From an uncultured Treponemataceae bacterium (GTDB lineage: Bacteria; Spirochaetota; Spirochaetia; Treponematales; Rectinemataceae): a stretch of DNA of 64,000 nucleotides. The position numbers were made by a program, and so were the translations under genes. How positions within the stretch are numbered: position 1 is the stretch's first letter; each line of letters begins with the position of its first letter. The stretch lies in NCBI GenBank assembly GCA_964491385.1, contig CAZBGA010000006.1, positions 5,445-69,444 of the forward strand. The letters are read 5' to 3'. Below, in pieces: positions 1 through 9,023 of the stretch. Under the pieces are notes generated by a model. It saw only the letters and a list, made by a program, of their open reading frames with translations. It had not been told where the DNA came from and made no database searches.

Positions 1-2105
1 GATCGACCTACAGAAGTCCTATCACGGCGGGCTGCGTATCGACCCGTCACCGGATCAAGCAGGAGGACCAGGAGATCTCGGCCATGCTGGAGGGCGGCGC
101 CGAGCCTCTCGCGGCCCTCGCCTCGTGGCTCGGGGCGGCCGAATGGCCGGCGGGCGCCCTCGACGCCGCCTGGAAGCAGCTTCTGCTGAACCAGGCGCAC
201 GACTCGATCTGCGGCTGCTCCATCGACCGTGTGCATCGCGACATGGAGTATCGCTTCTCCCAGGCCCGCGACATCGCAGCGAATATAGAGCGATCCGCCG
301 CCGCCGCGATCGCGGGCATCGTCGACACCGGGGCGGCGGCCGATGCCTCGGCCATCGTCGTGCTGAATCCCGGCCCGCGGAGGGAGGATCGCCTGGTAGC
401 GATCGAGCTGCCTTCGCCCCCGACCGACCCAGTCGTCGTAGGCCCCGACGGTGGGGAGCGCCGCGCGCAGGCGACCGATGACGGTCGCGGCGACGGCTCG
501 CTCTTCTTCGACGAGCTCTTCAAGCCTGCCCAGATCAAGCTGGCTCTAGGCCTGGTCCGAGGGGGCGAGCTCATGAATTACCGGATAACGGACGCTTCGT
601 TGTCGCGGGAAGCCTCGGGGGTCCTCCGGGTCGATATCGAGCTCTCCGATTCCGGCCAGCCTACTGCCTTCGATTGGGGCGCATGGCTCAAGAAGGCCCG
701 CGCCGAGCTCGAGAGCCCCGATGTCGCTTCGGTCCACGCCGTCGGCAGGCGCGCCGGCCCAGCGACCCTCCTCTTTTTCGCGAACGCCCCGGATTTCGGC
801 GCGGCCTGCTACTCGCTGAGGAGCGCCCGGCCGGACGAGCGCATCGAGGCTCCGGCCGTGCTCTCCGCGGGGCCGCGCTTCCTCGAGAACGAATACTACC
901 GCCTGGACGTCTCGGCAGACGGTAGCATCGATCTCCTCGACAAGGCCGGCGGCTCGCTTTACAGGGGGCTCGACAGCCTGAACGACGGAGGCGATCGCGG
1001 AGACGAGTACAACTACGACCGCCCTCCGCGCGACAGACTCGTCGTTCGGCCGCGGCGCGGTTTCGCGGGAAGAGGAGTCCGGATCAGGCTCGCGGAATCG
1101 GGCCCGCTCCGCGCATCCATCCTCGTTGAAGCGACGTATCTCGTCCCGGCGTCGATCGACGCGGATCGAGGCGGCCGATCGAGGCGCCGGGTGGCGATCG
1201 CCACGAAGAGGCGGATAAGCCTCGCCGCGGGCTCGCGAAGGGTTGAGTTCCGAACCGAGGTGGACAATGCCGCCGAGGACCATAGGATGAGGGCCTGCTT
1301 CCCGCTCCCCGGACGCTGCCTCGAGACCGAGACCGGGGGGAACTTCGAGATATTCCGGCGCCCCTGCGCGCCCGATGCTCCCCGGGACGGAGAGAGCCTC
1401 TTCGGCCCTTCCTCCGACACGAGCCGCGAGATCCCTCCGTCGACCCATCCCTTCGCGGGCTTCGTCGGCGCGCCCTGGTCGGGCGCGCGGGGCGGCTCCG
1501 CCTCGGAAGGCCGCCTCGCCCTTCTCGCGAGAGGCTTGCGCGAATACGAGATCGTCGAGCGCGAGGAAGGGGGACGGCTCGGGAGCGAGCTCCGCCTGAC
1601 TCTCTTCCGATCCGTGGGCTGGCTGTCGCGCGGCGACCTCTCGTCGCGCAGCGACCACGCGGGGCCCGATATTCCGACTCCCGACGCCCAGGAGCTCGGT
1701 CCATGGACCTTCGAATACGCGATCATGGCCTATGCCGGCGAGCTCTCTTCGTCCGGCGTCTGCGAGGAATGGGCCGACTACCGCCGTCCTCTCCGGGCGG
1801 TCGCCCAGGCGGCCCATGCCGGACGGCTCGGCGCGAGGGCGAGCCTGCTGGCCATCGAAGCCGAGGGTCTGGTCTTCAGCTCCTTGCGCCTCACGAAGGG
1901 GGGAGCGCTGAGACTGCGGTTCTACGACGTCCTGGGCCGGGCCCGGGAGGCGAGGGTCCGCGCGGGCGCGGCGATATCATCGGCGACGAAGACCAGGCTC
2001 GACGGAGAAGCTCTGGCGAAGCTCGCGGTCGACGGGGACGGAGGCTCCTTCCGCGTCGCCGTCGCGCCATACGAGATAGTCACGGTGGAGCTGGAGACGC
2101 GGTAA
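1..2105 (+). CDS. GH38-family alpha-mannosidase, C-terminal ~700 aa (5' end lies upstream of the window)
   Basis: The frame of ORF 84..2105 stays open back to base 3 (..STRHRIKQEDQEISAMLEG..), so the gene is truncated by the window edge. The translation carries the GH38-like motif LLLNQAHDSICGCS and a long beta-rich C-terminal region. TAA stop at 2103-2105. Confidence 0.7.
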   Translation, partial: STYRSPITAGCVSTRHRIKQEDQEISAMLEGGAEPLAALASWLGAAEWPAGALDAAWKQLLLNQAHDSICGCSIDRVHRDMEYRFSQARDIAANIERSAAAAIAGIVDTGAAADASAIVVLNPGPRREDRLVAIELPSPPTDPVVVGPDGGERRAQATDDGRGDGSLFFDELFKPAQIKLALGLVRGGELMNYRITDASLSREASGVLRVDIELSDSGQPTAFDWGAWLKKARAELESPDVASVHAVGRRAGPATLLFFANAPDFGAACYSLRSARPDERIEAPAVLSAGPRFLENEYYRLDVSADGSIDLLDKAGGSLYRGLDSLNDGGDRGDEYNYDRPPRDRLVVRPRRGFAGRGVRIRLAESGPLRASILVEATYLVPASIDADRGGRSRRRVAIATKRRISLAAGSRRVEFRTEVDNAAEDHRMRACFPLPGRCLETETGGNFEIFRRPCAPDAPRDGESLFGPSSDTSREIPPSTHPFAGFVGAPWSGARGGSASEGRLALLARGLREYEIVEREEGGRLGSELRLTLFRSVGWLSRGDLSSRSDHAGPDIPTPDAQELGPWTFEYAIMAYAGELSSSGVCEEWADYRRPLRAVAQAAHAGRLGARASLLAIEAEGLVFSSLRLTKGGALRLRFYDVLGRAREARVRAGAAISSATKTRLDGEALAKLAVDGDGGSFRVAVAPYEIVTVELETR

Positions 2106-2158
2106 TCGAGGTCGCACGGTCCGTCGCGTCGTAAGTATATTCGGATCGAGGCCGCCCG

Positions 2159-2911
2159 ATGAAGTCGCGATTCCGTCTCAGCCGTCTTTGCTATGCCTTT
2201 CTATCCCTCCTCGCCGCCCGGAGCGCCTTCGCGCAAAGCGCGTCGCTCGACTTCCTGAACGGCATTCTCGGCGGCGCGGAGTCGGAAGCCGCGAAGGGCT
2301 CGGAGCGCCTGGCGGGCGGCCGGATCCTCCTGGCGGACGACCCGGCCAACTATACCATCTATCGATCCCTCGAGAGTCAGGTACGCGCGCTGGGAACGGA
2401 GATCGGGAACGGCGCCGACATGCTTTCGTATTATCGCCTCGAGGACTCGGTCCTCGGCGACGTGATCGACACCGCGCAGAGCATCCGCGGACTCCTCGCG
2501 CAGAGGTCGAACGGAGCCCTCGATGCTTCCGATCGGGATTCGATCGACGCGGAGATCGGCCAGCTCTACGACCAGGTGGCCGAGACTCTGCGTGACGCCG
2601 AGTTCAACCAAAAGAAGATATTCCTGGACTTGGATCGGTCGGCCTCCGCGCGCTTGTTCGAGGACGAGAAGCGCTTCGACCCGGAATCGCTCGGCCAATG
2701 GCTGAGTTCCCTTATTGACGCGCGCAGCGCGGTCGGGGCGAGGATCGAGGCCCTGGAGTTCACGGAATCCGGCAAGGAGGGCGAGATCTTGAACTCGGAG
2801 TCCGGCTATGGCCGAGGCGACGTCGACTTCGCCAAGGAACTTGTCGGGCTCGAAAGAATCGACCTCCTTGTCCTCGCCGACGTGCTGATGCTCCGGCGGG
2901 AGAGCCGCTAG
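2159..2911 (+). CDS. flagellin-family (D0/D1-only) protein with an N-terminal Sec-type signal peptide
   Basis: Leader MKSRFRLSRLCYAFLSLLAARSAFA/QS. The segment LAGGRILLADDPANYTIYRSLESQVRALG...LLAQRSNGALDASDRDSIDAEIGQLYDQVAETLRDAEFNQKKIF aligns with the conserved flagellin N-domain (LSSGLRINRAxDDAAG ... NGTxSxxDRxAIQxExxQLxxEIDRIAxxTxFNGxKLL). The C-terminal RSAVGARIEALEF resembles flagellin RAxLGAxQNRLE. Confidence 0.6.
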   Translation: MKSRFRLSRLCYAFLSLLAARSAFAQSASLDFLNGILGGAESEAAKGSERLAGGRILLADDPANYTIYRSLESQVRALGTEIGNGADMLSYYRLEDSVLGDVIDTAQSIRGLLAQRSNGALDASDRDSIDAEIGQLYDQVAETLRDAEFNQKKIFLDLDRSASARLFEDEKRFDPESLGQWLSSLIDARSAVGARIEALEFTESGKEGEILNSESGYGRGDVDFAKELVGLERIDLLVLADVLMLRRESR

Positions 2912-2944
2912 AGGCCCTTTGAAGGATCTAATCCTCCTCGAAAT

Positions 2945-2972
2945 TTGACACTACCGGTCTTTGGGCTAGACT
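2945..2972 (+). promoter_or_regulatory. sigma70-like promoter TTGACA-16 nt-TAGACT upstream of the PAS kinase gene
   Basis: TTGACA at 2945-2950 and TAGACT at 2967-2972, in an AT-richer intergenic stretch about 115 nt upstream of the ATG at 3088. That ATG has an AAGGAGGGG Shine-Dalgarno. Confidence 0.4.
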
Positions 2973-3087
2973 TTGAGCGTAAGTACCGATGATGCCGACG
3001 ACAGAAAACCTCAAGCGTCCGGGTGGATAGCCTCGTTCTTCGAACCGATCGCCTTCGACGAGGTGATCATCGTCAAGGAGGGGGACG

Positions 3088-6000
3088 ATGGGATCGCCGC
3101 GCTTCGCCTTGTCTTCAGCGACTTTCAAGTATGCCGCCGGGACCTGCGGCCTGGTGGCGGCAGCGCTTTCCGCGGGAGCCGTCGCGGGCCAGGCTTTCCG
3201 GATCGGATCGATCGCCGGGCTTCCGAATGTCCTTGCCGGCATGAAGACCAATACCGCGATCTGCTCGGGCCTTCTCGGTTCATCTCTCTTCTTGGGGGCC
3301 CTGGGAGACGGGAAATCCCCGGCGCGGAACGTCGCGCTCCTCTATTCCCGCCGCATTCTCGCCGGCCTCGCCTTGTTTATCGGGGCCGCGACCCTCCCCC
3401 AATACTTCCTCGGCTCCGATTTCGGCATAGACCGACTGTTCCACCGCGCGATCGAGTCGACCGGAACGATCCTTCCGCTGCGGATGGCGCCGAGCACGGC
3501 CCTGGTCTTCACCCTGCTCGCGGCCGCGCTGGCCATCGCGCCGGGACGGGGGAGGACCCGAGGCCTCGTCGAGGGACTCGAGCTCGTTTCCCTCGGCCTG
3601 ACGATTCTTTCGACCCTTGCCCTCCTGTATGCCCTCCAGCCGGCCTCGGGCTTCGGCTCCGGCACGAGGACGGTCCCCCGGACCGCCGCCATCCTCATCC
3701 TCCTGTCTCTCGGCTCCATCGCGCTCGACCCCGATCGCGGGCTCGTCGCCATGCTTCGCTCTCCGTCGCTCGAGGGGAACGTATCCAGGCGCCTCATTCC
3801 GGCGGCCGTGGTCGTGCCCGTGGTCGTGGGGGCCGTCCAGGTCGCGGGCGTCCGTCTCGGGCTCTACGAGCCTTCCTATGGCCTCCTGTTCGCGGTCCTG
3901 TTCGATATCGTCGTCCTCTGCTGCCTCGCCGCTTGGAGCGCCAAGTCGATCGGGCGCGTCGACCGGGCTCGCCGCCTTGCCGAGAGCCGGGAGGTCGCCG
4001 ACAGGAAGGCGAGCGAAGAGAAATTCCTCGCCCTGAACGAGCGCCTCTCCATCGCTCTGCGCGCGGCGAATTTCGGGGTCTGGGACCTGGATGTCGCGCA
4101 GGACCGCCTCGTTTGGGACGACCGCATGCTCGAGCTGTACGGCGTCGGCCAAGGGGAGTTCGGAGGGTCTGTTCGGGCTTGGGAGGACAGACTCCATCCG
4201 GAGGACCGCGAGCGCGCCGTGGAGGAGATGGGCCGGGCGCTGAGCGGCGAGAAGGCCTTCGATACGAAGTTCAGGATAATTCTCGGCGACGGCGGAGTCA
4301 GGTCCGTACGGGCTTATGCTAAAGTCTCTCGCGCCGCGTCGGGGGCTGTCGCCCGAATGACGGGCATAAGCTACGACATTTCCGACGTCGAGCGGTCCGC
4401 CGAGGAGATCAGGCGAAAGAACGAACTGCTCAGGCAGACCGGGGAGATAGCCAAGGTCGGAGGCTGGGAGTTCGACGCGAGGACCGGCGCCGGATGGTGG
4501 AGCGAGGAAGTCGCGCGGATCCACGACCTCGTTCCCTCCACGGGGACGAACGTCCAGTTCGGCTTGGGCTTCTATTCGGAGGAGTCCCGGCCGAAGATCG
4601 AGGCGGCGGTCAAGGACGCGGTCGAGTCGGCCCGGCCCTTCGACCTCGTCCTGGACCTGATCAGCGCCAAAGGCGTGCGGAAATGGGTGCATACCATCGG
4701 AAGGCCGGTCCTGGAAGGGGACAAGGTCGTCCTCGTCCAGGGCATCTTCCAGGACGTGACGGAGCTGAAGAAGGCGGAGGCCTTCCTGCAGGCGAGCGAG
4801 CTCAACCTGCGGCTCTTCGTGGAGAACAGCCCCGCGGCCATCGCGATGTTCGATCGCGATATGCGCTATATCCTCGCGAGCCGGCGCTGGCTCGAAAGCT
4901 ATAATCTCGGGAGCCGGGACTTGACGGGGAAGAGCCACTACGAAATTTTCCCGGAAATAGGCGAAGATTGGAAGGCAGTCCATCGCCGCTGCCTCGCGGG
5001 AGCGGTCGAGATCCGCGAGGATGACGCATTCCCCCGGGCCGACGGCTCCCTCGATTGGGTCCGGTGGGAGGTCCGGCCCTGGTACGCCGCGGAAGGGGGC
5101 ATCGGCGGCATCATCATTCTCTCGGAAGTGGTAACGGAGAGGAAGAACGCGGAGTTCGCGATCCGAGCGGGCGAGGAGCGCTACAAGAATCTCTTCGAGA
5201 ATATGGTGGAAGGCCTCGCCTACTGCAGGATGGACTTCGACGGCGACAGGCCGGTCGATTGGACCTACCTCGCCGTGAACCCGGCCTTCGAGCGGCTCAC
5301 CGGGCTCGCGGGCGTCGTCGGCAAGAAGGTGACCGAGGCCATCCCGGGCATCAGGGAGAGTGATCCCGAGCTTTTCGCCATCTACGGCCGCGTGGCGGCA
5401 TGCGGGAGCCCCGAGCGGTTCGAGATGGACGTCCGCTCGCTGGGCCTGTGGTTTTCCGTCTCGGTGTACTCGCCGGAGCGAGGCTTCTTCGTCGCGGTAT
5501 TCGACGTGATAACCGAGCGCAAGCGCGCCGAGGAGGAGGTGAGGAGACTCAACGAGGAGCTCGAGGAGCGCGTCAGGAAGAGGACCGCCGAGCTCGAGGC
5601 GGCCAACTCGGAGCTCGAGGCTTTCTCGTATTCCGTCTCGCACGACCTGCGCGCCCCGCTCCGCGGCATCGACGGCTACGTGAACGTGCTCCTGGAGGAG
5701 GAGGCGCCGCGCCTCAGCGGAACCGGCCGCGAAAATCTCGACAAGGTCCGCTCGGGGGCCCGCCAAATGGGGCGGCTCATCGACGATCTCCTCGAGTTCG
5801 CGCGCCTCGGCCGCATCGAGCTGGGATGGGAGACGATCGACATGGACGCGCTCGCGCGCTCGGCGCTTTCGGAGCTCCTGCCCCCGGGCTACGAGCGGAG
5901 GATCAGTCTCGTCATCCGCCCCCTGCTGTCGACAGCGGGCGATTCGGCGCTCATCATGCAAGTCTGGAGGAACTTGATCGGGAACGCGATCAAGTTCAGC

Positions 6001-6282
6001 TCGCGCAACGACCGCGCCGAGATAGAAATATCCTGCGAGAGGACGGCATCCGGAATAAAGTACAGCGTCAAGGACAACGGGGCCGGATTCGACATGCGTT
6101 ACCGCGCCAAGCTCTTCGGCGTCTTCCAGAGGCTGCACGGCTCGCGCGAGTTCGAGGGTACCGGAGTTGGGCTCGCGATAGTCCAGCGAGTAGTGGAGCG
6201 GCACGGCGGCACCGTGGACGCCATCGGCGCGGTGGGGCAGGGGGCGACCATATCGTTCACGCTGCCCTCCTCGGAGGCCTAG
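3088..6282 (+). CDS. membrane-anchored multi-PAS sensor histidine kinase
   Basis: About 8 hydrophobic segments in the first ~290 aa, several PAS-like blocks and a coiled coil (EEVRRLNEELEERVRKRTAELEAANSELEAF). H-box SYSVSHDLRAPLRGI and ATPase boxes NLIGNAIKF, DNGAGFD, GTGVGLAIV. Confidence 0.85.
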   Translation: MGSPRFALSSATFKYAAGTCGLVAAALSAGAVAGQAFRIGSIAGLPNVLAGMKTNTAICSGLLGSSLFLGALGDGKSPARNVALLYSRRILAGLALFIGAATLPQYFLGSDFGIDRLFHRAIESTGTILPLRMAPSTALVFTLLAAALAIAPGRGRTRGLVEGLELVSLGLTILSTLALLYALQPASGFGSGTRTVPRTAAILILLSLGSIALDPDRGLVAMLRSPSLEGNVSRRLIPAAVVVPVVVGAVQVAGVRLGLYEPSYGLLFAVLFDIVVLCCLAAWSAKSIGRVDRARRLAESREVADRKASEEKFLALNERLSIALRAANFGVWDLDVAQDRLVWDDRMLELYGVGQGEFGGSVRAWEDRLHPEDRERAVEEMGRALSGEKAFDTKFRIILGDGGVRSVRAYAKVSRAASGAVARMTGISYDISDVERSAEEIRRKNELLRQTGEIAKVGGWEFDARTGAGWWSEEVARIHDLVPSTGTNVQFGLGFYSEESRPKIEAAVKDAVESARPFDLVLDLISAKGVRKWVHTIGRPVLEGDKVVLVQGIFQDVTELKKAEAFLQASELNLRLFVENSPAAIAMFDRDMRYILASRRWLESYNLGSRDLTGKSHYEIFPEIGEDWKAVHRRCLAGAVEIREDDAFPRADGSLDWVRWEVRPWYAAEGGIGGIIILSEVVTERKNAEFAIRAGEERYKNLFENMVEGLAYCRMDFDGDRPVDWTYLAVNPAFERLTGLAGVVGKKVTEAIPGIRESDPELFAIYGRVAACGSPERFEMDVRSLGLWFSVSVYSPERGFFVAVFDVITERKRAEEEVRRLNEELEERVRKRTAELEAANSELEAFSYSVSHDLRAPLRGIDGYVNVLLEEEAPRLSGTGRENLDKVRSGARQMGRLIDDLLEFARLGRIELGWETIDMDALARSALSELLPPGYERRISLVIRPLLSTAGDSALIMQVWRNLIGNAIKFSSRNDRAEIEISCERTASGIKYSVKDNGAGFDMRYRAKLFGVFQRLHGSREFEGTGVGLAIVQRVVERHGGTVDAIGAVGQGATISFTLPSSEA

Positions 6283-6317
6283 GGCGGTCTCGAATGGATC
6301 GCGATGGGCCTCCCGGC

Positions 6318-8846
6318 TCACGGCTCCGGCGCGGGAAGAGCGAAGCTGAAGATCGCTCCCTTTCCCGTCTCGCCCTCGGCCCAGGCGCGGCCCCCCTGCT
6401 TTATTATGGCCCTTTGGACGAAGGCGAGCCCCATGCCCGACCCTTCGAAATCCCGGATGGAGTGGAGACGCTGGAAGATGCCGAACAGCTTGCCGTAGTA
6501 CTTCATGTCGAAGCCGGCTCCGTCGTCGCGGATGCTGTAGATGAGCTCCCGGCCTTCGCGCCGCCCCTCGACGGTGATATGGGCGCGCTCGCGCTTGGAC
6601 GAGAACTTAACCGCGTTGGAGATGAGGCTCGACCAGATCTGCCTCAGCAGGCGCGGGTCCCCTCGGGCGTACGGCATCTCCGCCGCGGCGAAATCGATTC
6701 GCCCCTGATCCGTTTCGGCGACCGTTTCCTCGTAGACTGTCCGAACGAGATCGCCCATGTCGACCGCCGCGGTCTCGACCTCAGCTTTGCTGAGCCGGGC
6801 GAAGGCCAGGAGATTCTCGATGAGCTTCTCCATGCGGGCCACGTTTCCCTGAATGGTCCCGATCAGCCTCTTGCCGTCCGCGCTCAGCCGCTCCCCGTCG
6901 TCCTCCGCGAGGATGGCCGTGAATCCGCCGATCGCGCGAAGGGGAGCCCGGAGGTCGTGGGTGACGCCGTAGAAGAAAGACTCCAGTTCCCTGTCGGCCG
7001 CCTGGGCGTTGAGCGCGCGCAGGGCGAGCCGGTCTTCCATAGCCGCCTTCGCCGCCTCGGCGCGAAGGCGATCCGAGACATCGAGGACGACGACGAGGAG
7101 GTAGAGCCCTCCGCGATAGTCGAAGGCGCTGAATCGGAAGTCGGCAGCCACTTCCTTGCCGAAGGAGCTTAAGTAGTGGAATTCGCGTTGCACCTGGCCC
7201 CGTGAGACCAGCGCCTCGTCGGCGGCGTAGACGAGTCCGCCCGTTCGCCACGATTCGAGTCTGCGGTAATTCTGGGCGCGAAGGGCTTCGACCGTCGCGC
7301 CGGCGATGGATGCCGCGGCCTCGTTCGCGATGACGCAGTTCGCGGAGGAGTCGTAGACAAGGATGCCCGCGGGCGAGAATCGGAGGATCATGCCGAGGAT
7401 GCCCGATTCGAGCCGTAGCTCCTCGTCGGCCGCGGGCGGCTCCGGAATCGCGGCGATGTCGCCGGCCTCGTCCGGCTTCAGGTCGACGGCGACGCTCAAG
7501 CCGGCCTCATCCTCGCGCACTACGCCGCCCAGCTGCTTGACTATCAGCCAGGCGAGATCCAGGTTCTTTGATGGCGGCCGCGACTCGGGGCTCGCGTCCT
7601 CCCTGTACTCCAGCTTCCAGTGGCCGTCCCCTTCCCCGGATTCCCATGCTCGCAGGCCGGCCGATACGGCACTGCCCCCGATCGTCCTCATGGCCGATCG
7701 CGAGTAGAGCTCGCTGACGATGATGCCCAGGGTGACCGCGGTCTCGAGCGGAACGCGGAGTCCCGCGCAATCGACGGAGGGAGCGAAGGACCCGGTATCG
7801 GCCCCGACGCTCTGCGCGACGCGAATCGCCAGCTCGCGCGCGTATTCCTCGAAGTCTATACCGGTGAACCCGCCGCGGGCGTAGAGCATCTCATGGACGA
7901 GGGCCATGGAGCGGATCCGGCCCTCGAGATCTATCAGCGTATCCTTGGCGGATCCGTCGGAGGCGCGCTCTGCCTCGAGGGAGACGAGTCCTGCCACGGC
8001 CGCGAGGTTGTTCTTCACCCGATGGTGGATCTCTCGGAGCAGCGCGTTCTTCTCGGAAATGCTGCCTACGAGATTCCTCTCGGCCTCGGTGCGCACGAGG
8101 TAATCCAGGAATACCGCGGCGGCCTGGTCCAGGAACAGCTCGGTCTCGGGAAGGGGCGGGGATTCGGCGCCGAAATAGAAGGCTATGCTCCCTAGGTCGC
8201 CGCCCTGACTCTCGAGCGCGCGTCGAAGCTCGAGCGGCTCGCTCCGCCGGCCCGGCTTCCATCCCTCGAAAAGGGCCCGGCCCGACCTCTCGTAGCGAAG
8301 CCCCAGGAGATCGGGGACCGCTTCCGGCTCCAGGAGCGGAGCCAGCACGTCCGCGGGATCGACTTCATGCGCCGGAGCCGTCCGCGATACGGACCGCGAA
8401 AGCATGGAATACAGGATGACTCGGGCCCCGGCCTCGGCCAGCAGCTTCTCCTCGGCCTGCCTCTTCTCCCTGCGGGCTCGTTGCCGCGCGATCGCCCCCA
8501 GGATCGCGTCGCCCAGCCTGGCGAGTCGATCCTTGAGCAGGTAATCGGTCGCACCGCGCTTAATGCAGTCGGCGGCCAGCTCGTCGTCTATGGCGCCGGT
8601 TACGACGAGGGCGGGCAGATCGATCCCGCGCTCCTCGAGTATCTCGAGAGCGCGGAGCGCGTTGAAGGACGGAAGCCTGAAATCGGTTATCAACGCGTCG
8701 TGCGGCTTGGCGAGCGCGGCCAGGAAATCCGGCTCGTTGTCCACCCGCGTCCACGAGGCCTCGATGCCCGATCTGCGGACTACCGACTGCACCAGCTGGG
8801 CGTCGTAGGGGTCGTCTTCGACGAGGAGAATGTCGAGCGCTTCCAT
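6318..8846 (-). CDS. hybrid signalling protein: REC - HisKA_2-type module with a degenerate ATPase - PAS - HisKA/HATPase_c
   Basis: N-terminal receiver (ILLVEDDPYD ... LITDFRLP ... KD). Central LLREIHHRVKNNLAAVAGLVSL (HisKA_2 H-box), followed by an N-box-like SELYSRS that lacks the Asn. C-terminal H-box FFYGVTHDLRAPLRAI with NAVKFS, DDGAGFD, GSGMGLAFV. Confidence 0.8.
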   Translation of the reverse strand: MEALDILLVEDDPYDAQLVQSVVRRSGIEASWTRVDNEPDFLAALAKPHDALITDFRLPSFNALRALEILEERGIDLPALVVTGAIDDELAADCIKRGATDYLLKDRLARLGDAILGAIARQRARREKRQAEEKLLAEAGARVILYSMLSRSVSRTAPAHEVDPADVLAPLLEPEAVPDLLGLRYERSGRALFEGWKPGRRSEPLELRRALESQGGDLGSIAFYFGAESPPLPETELFLDQAAAVFLDYLVRTEAERNLVGSISEKNALLREIHHRVKNNLAAVAGLVSLEAERASDGSAKDTLIDLEGRIRSMALVHEMLYARGGFTGIDFEEYARELAIRVAQSVGADTGSFAPSVDCAGLRVPLETAVTLGIIVSELYSRSAMRTIGGSAVSAGLRAWESGEGDGHWKLEYREDASPESRPPSKNLDLAWLIVKQLGGVVREDEAGLSVAVDLKPDEAGDIAAIPEPPAADEELRLESGILGMILRFSPAGILVYDSSANCVIANEAAASIAGATVEALRAQNYRRLESWRTGGLVYAADEALVSRGQVQREFHYLSSFGKEVAADFRFSAFDYRGGLYLLVVVLDVSDRLRAEAAKAAMEDRLALRALNAQAADRELESFFYGVTHDLRAPLRAIGGFTAILAEDDGERLSADGKRLIGTIQGNVARMEKLIENLLAFARLSKAEVETAAVDMGDLVRTVYEETVAETDQGRIDFAAAEMPYARGDPRLLRQIWSSLISNAVKFSSKRERAHITVEGRREGRELIYSIRDDGAGFDMKYYGKLFGIFQRLHSIRDFEGSGMGLAFVQRAIIKQGGRAWAEGETGKGAIFSFALPAPEP

Positions 8847-8980
8847 TCGCGGATGGTCCTTTTACCTGGGCGAGAATGGGGTCGTCGGACTGCGCCTCGC
8901 CATTCTCTGCGTTGCTTCAAGTCTATCACTTCCGGCGGTCCTGTCCAGGTGCGTCGGCTCTTCCTGGAGAGCGAATGGAG

Positions 8981-9001
8981 AGGGCGCCGGTCGGCGGCGC
9001 C
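8981..9001 (-). terminator. GC-rich hairpin downstream of amt (possible terminator, no clear U-tract)
   Basis: gggcgccg-gtcgg-cggcgccc, an 8-bp perfect stem, lying 23 nt past the amt stop codon. Confidence 0.3.
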
Positions 9002-9023
9002 CCGAATCGACGCGGATAGGACG

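Noticed and set aside
3280-6321. 1013-aa ORF on the minus strand
   Set aside because: It is antisense to a sensor kinase supported by motifs. Its translation is Arg/Pro/Gly/Asp-rich with no motif. This is a typical stop-poor shadow frame of GC-rich DNA.
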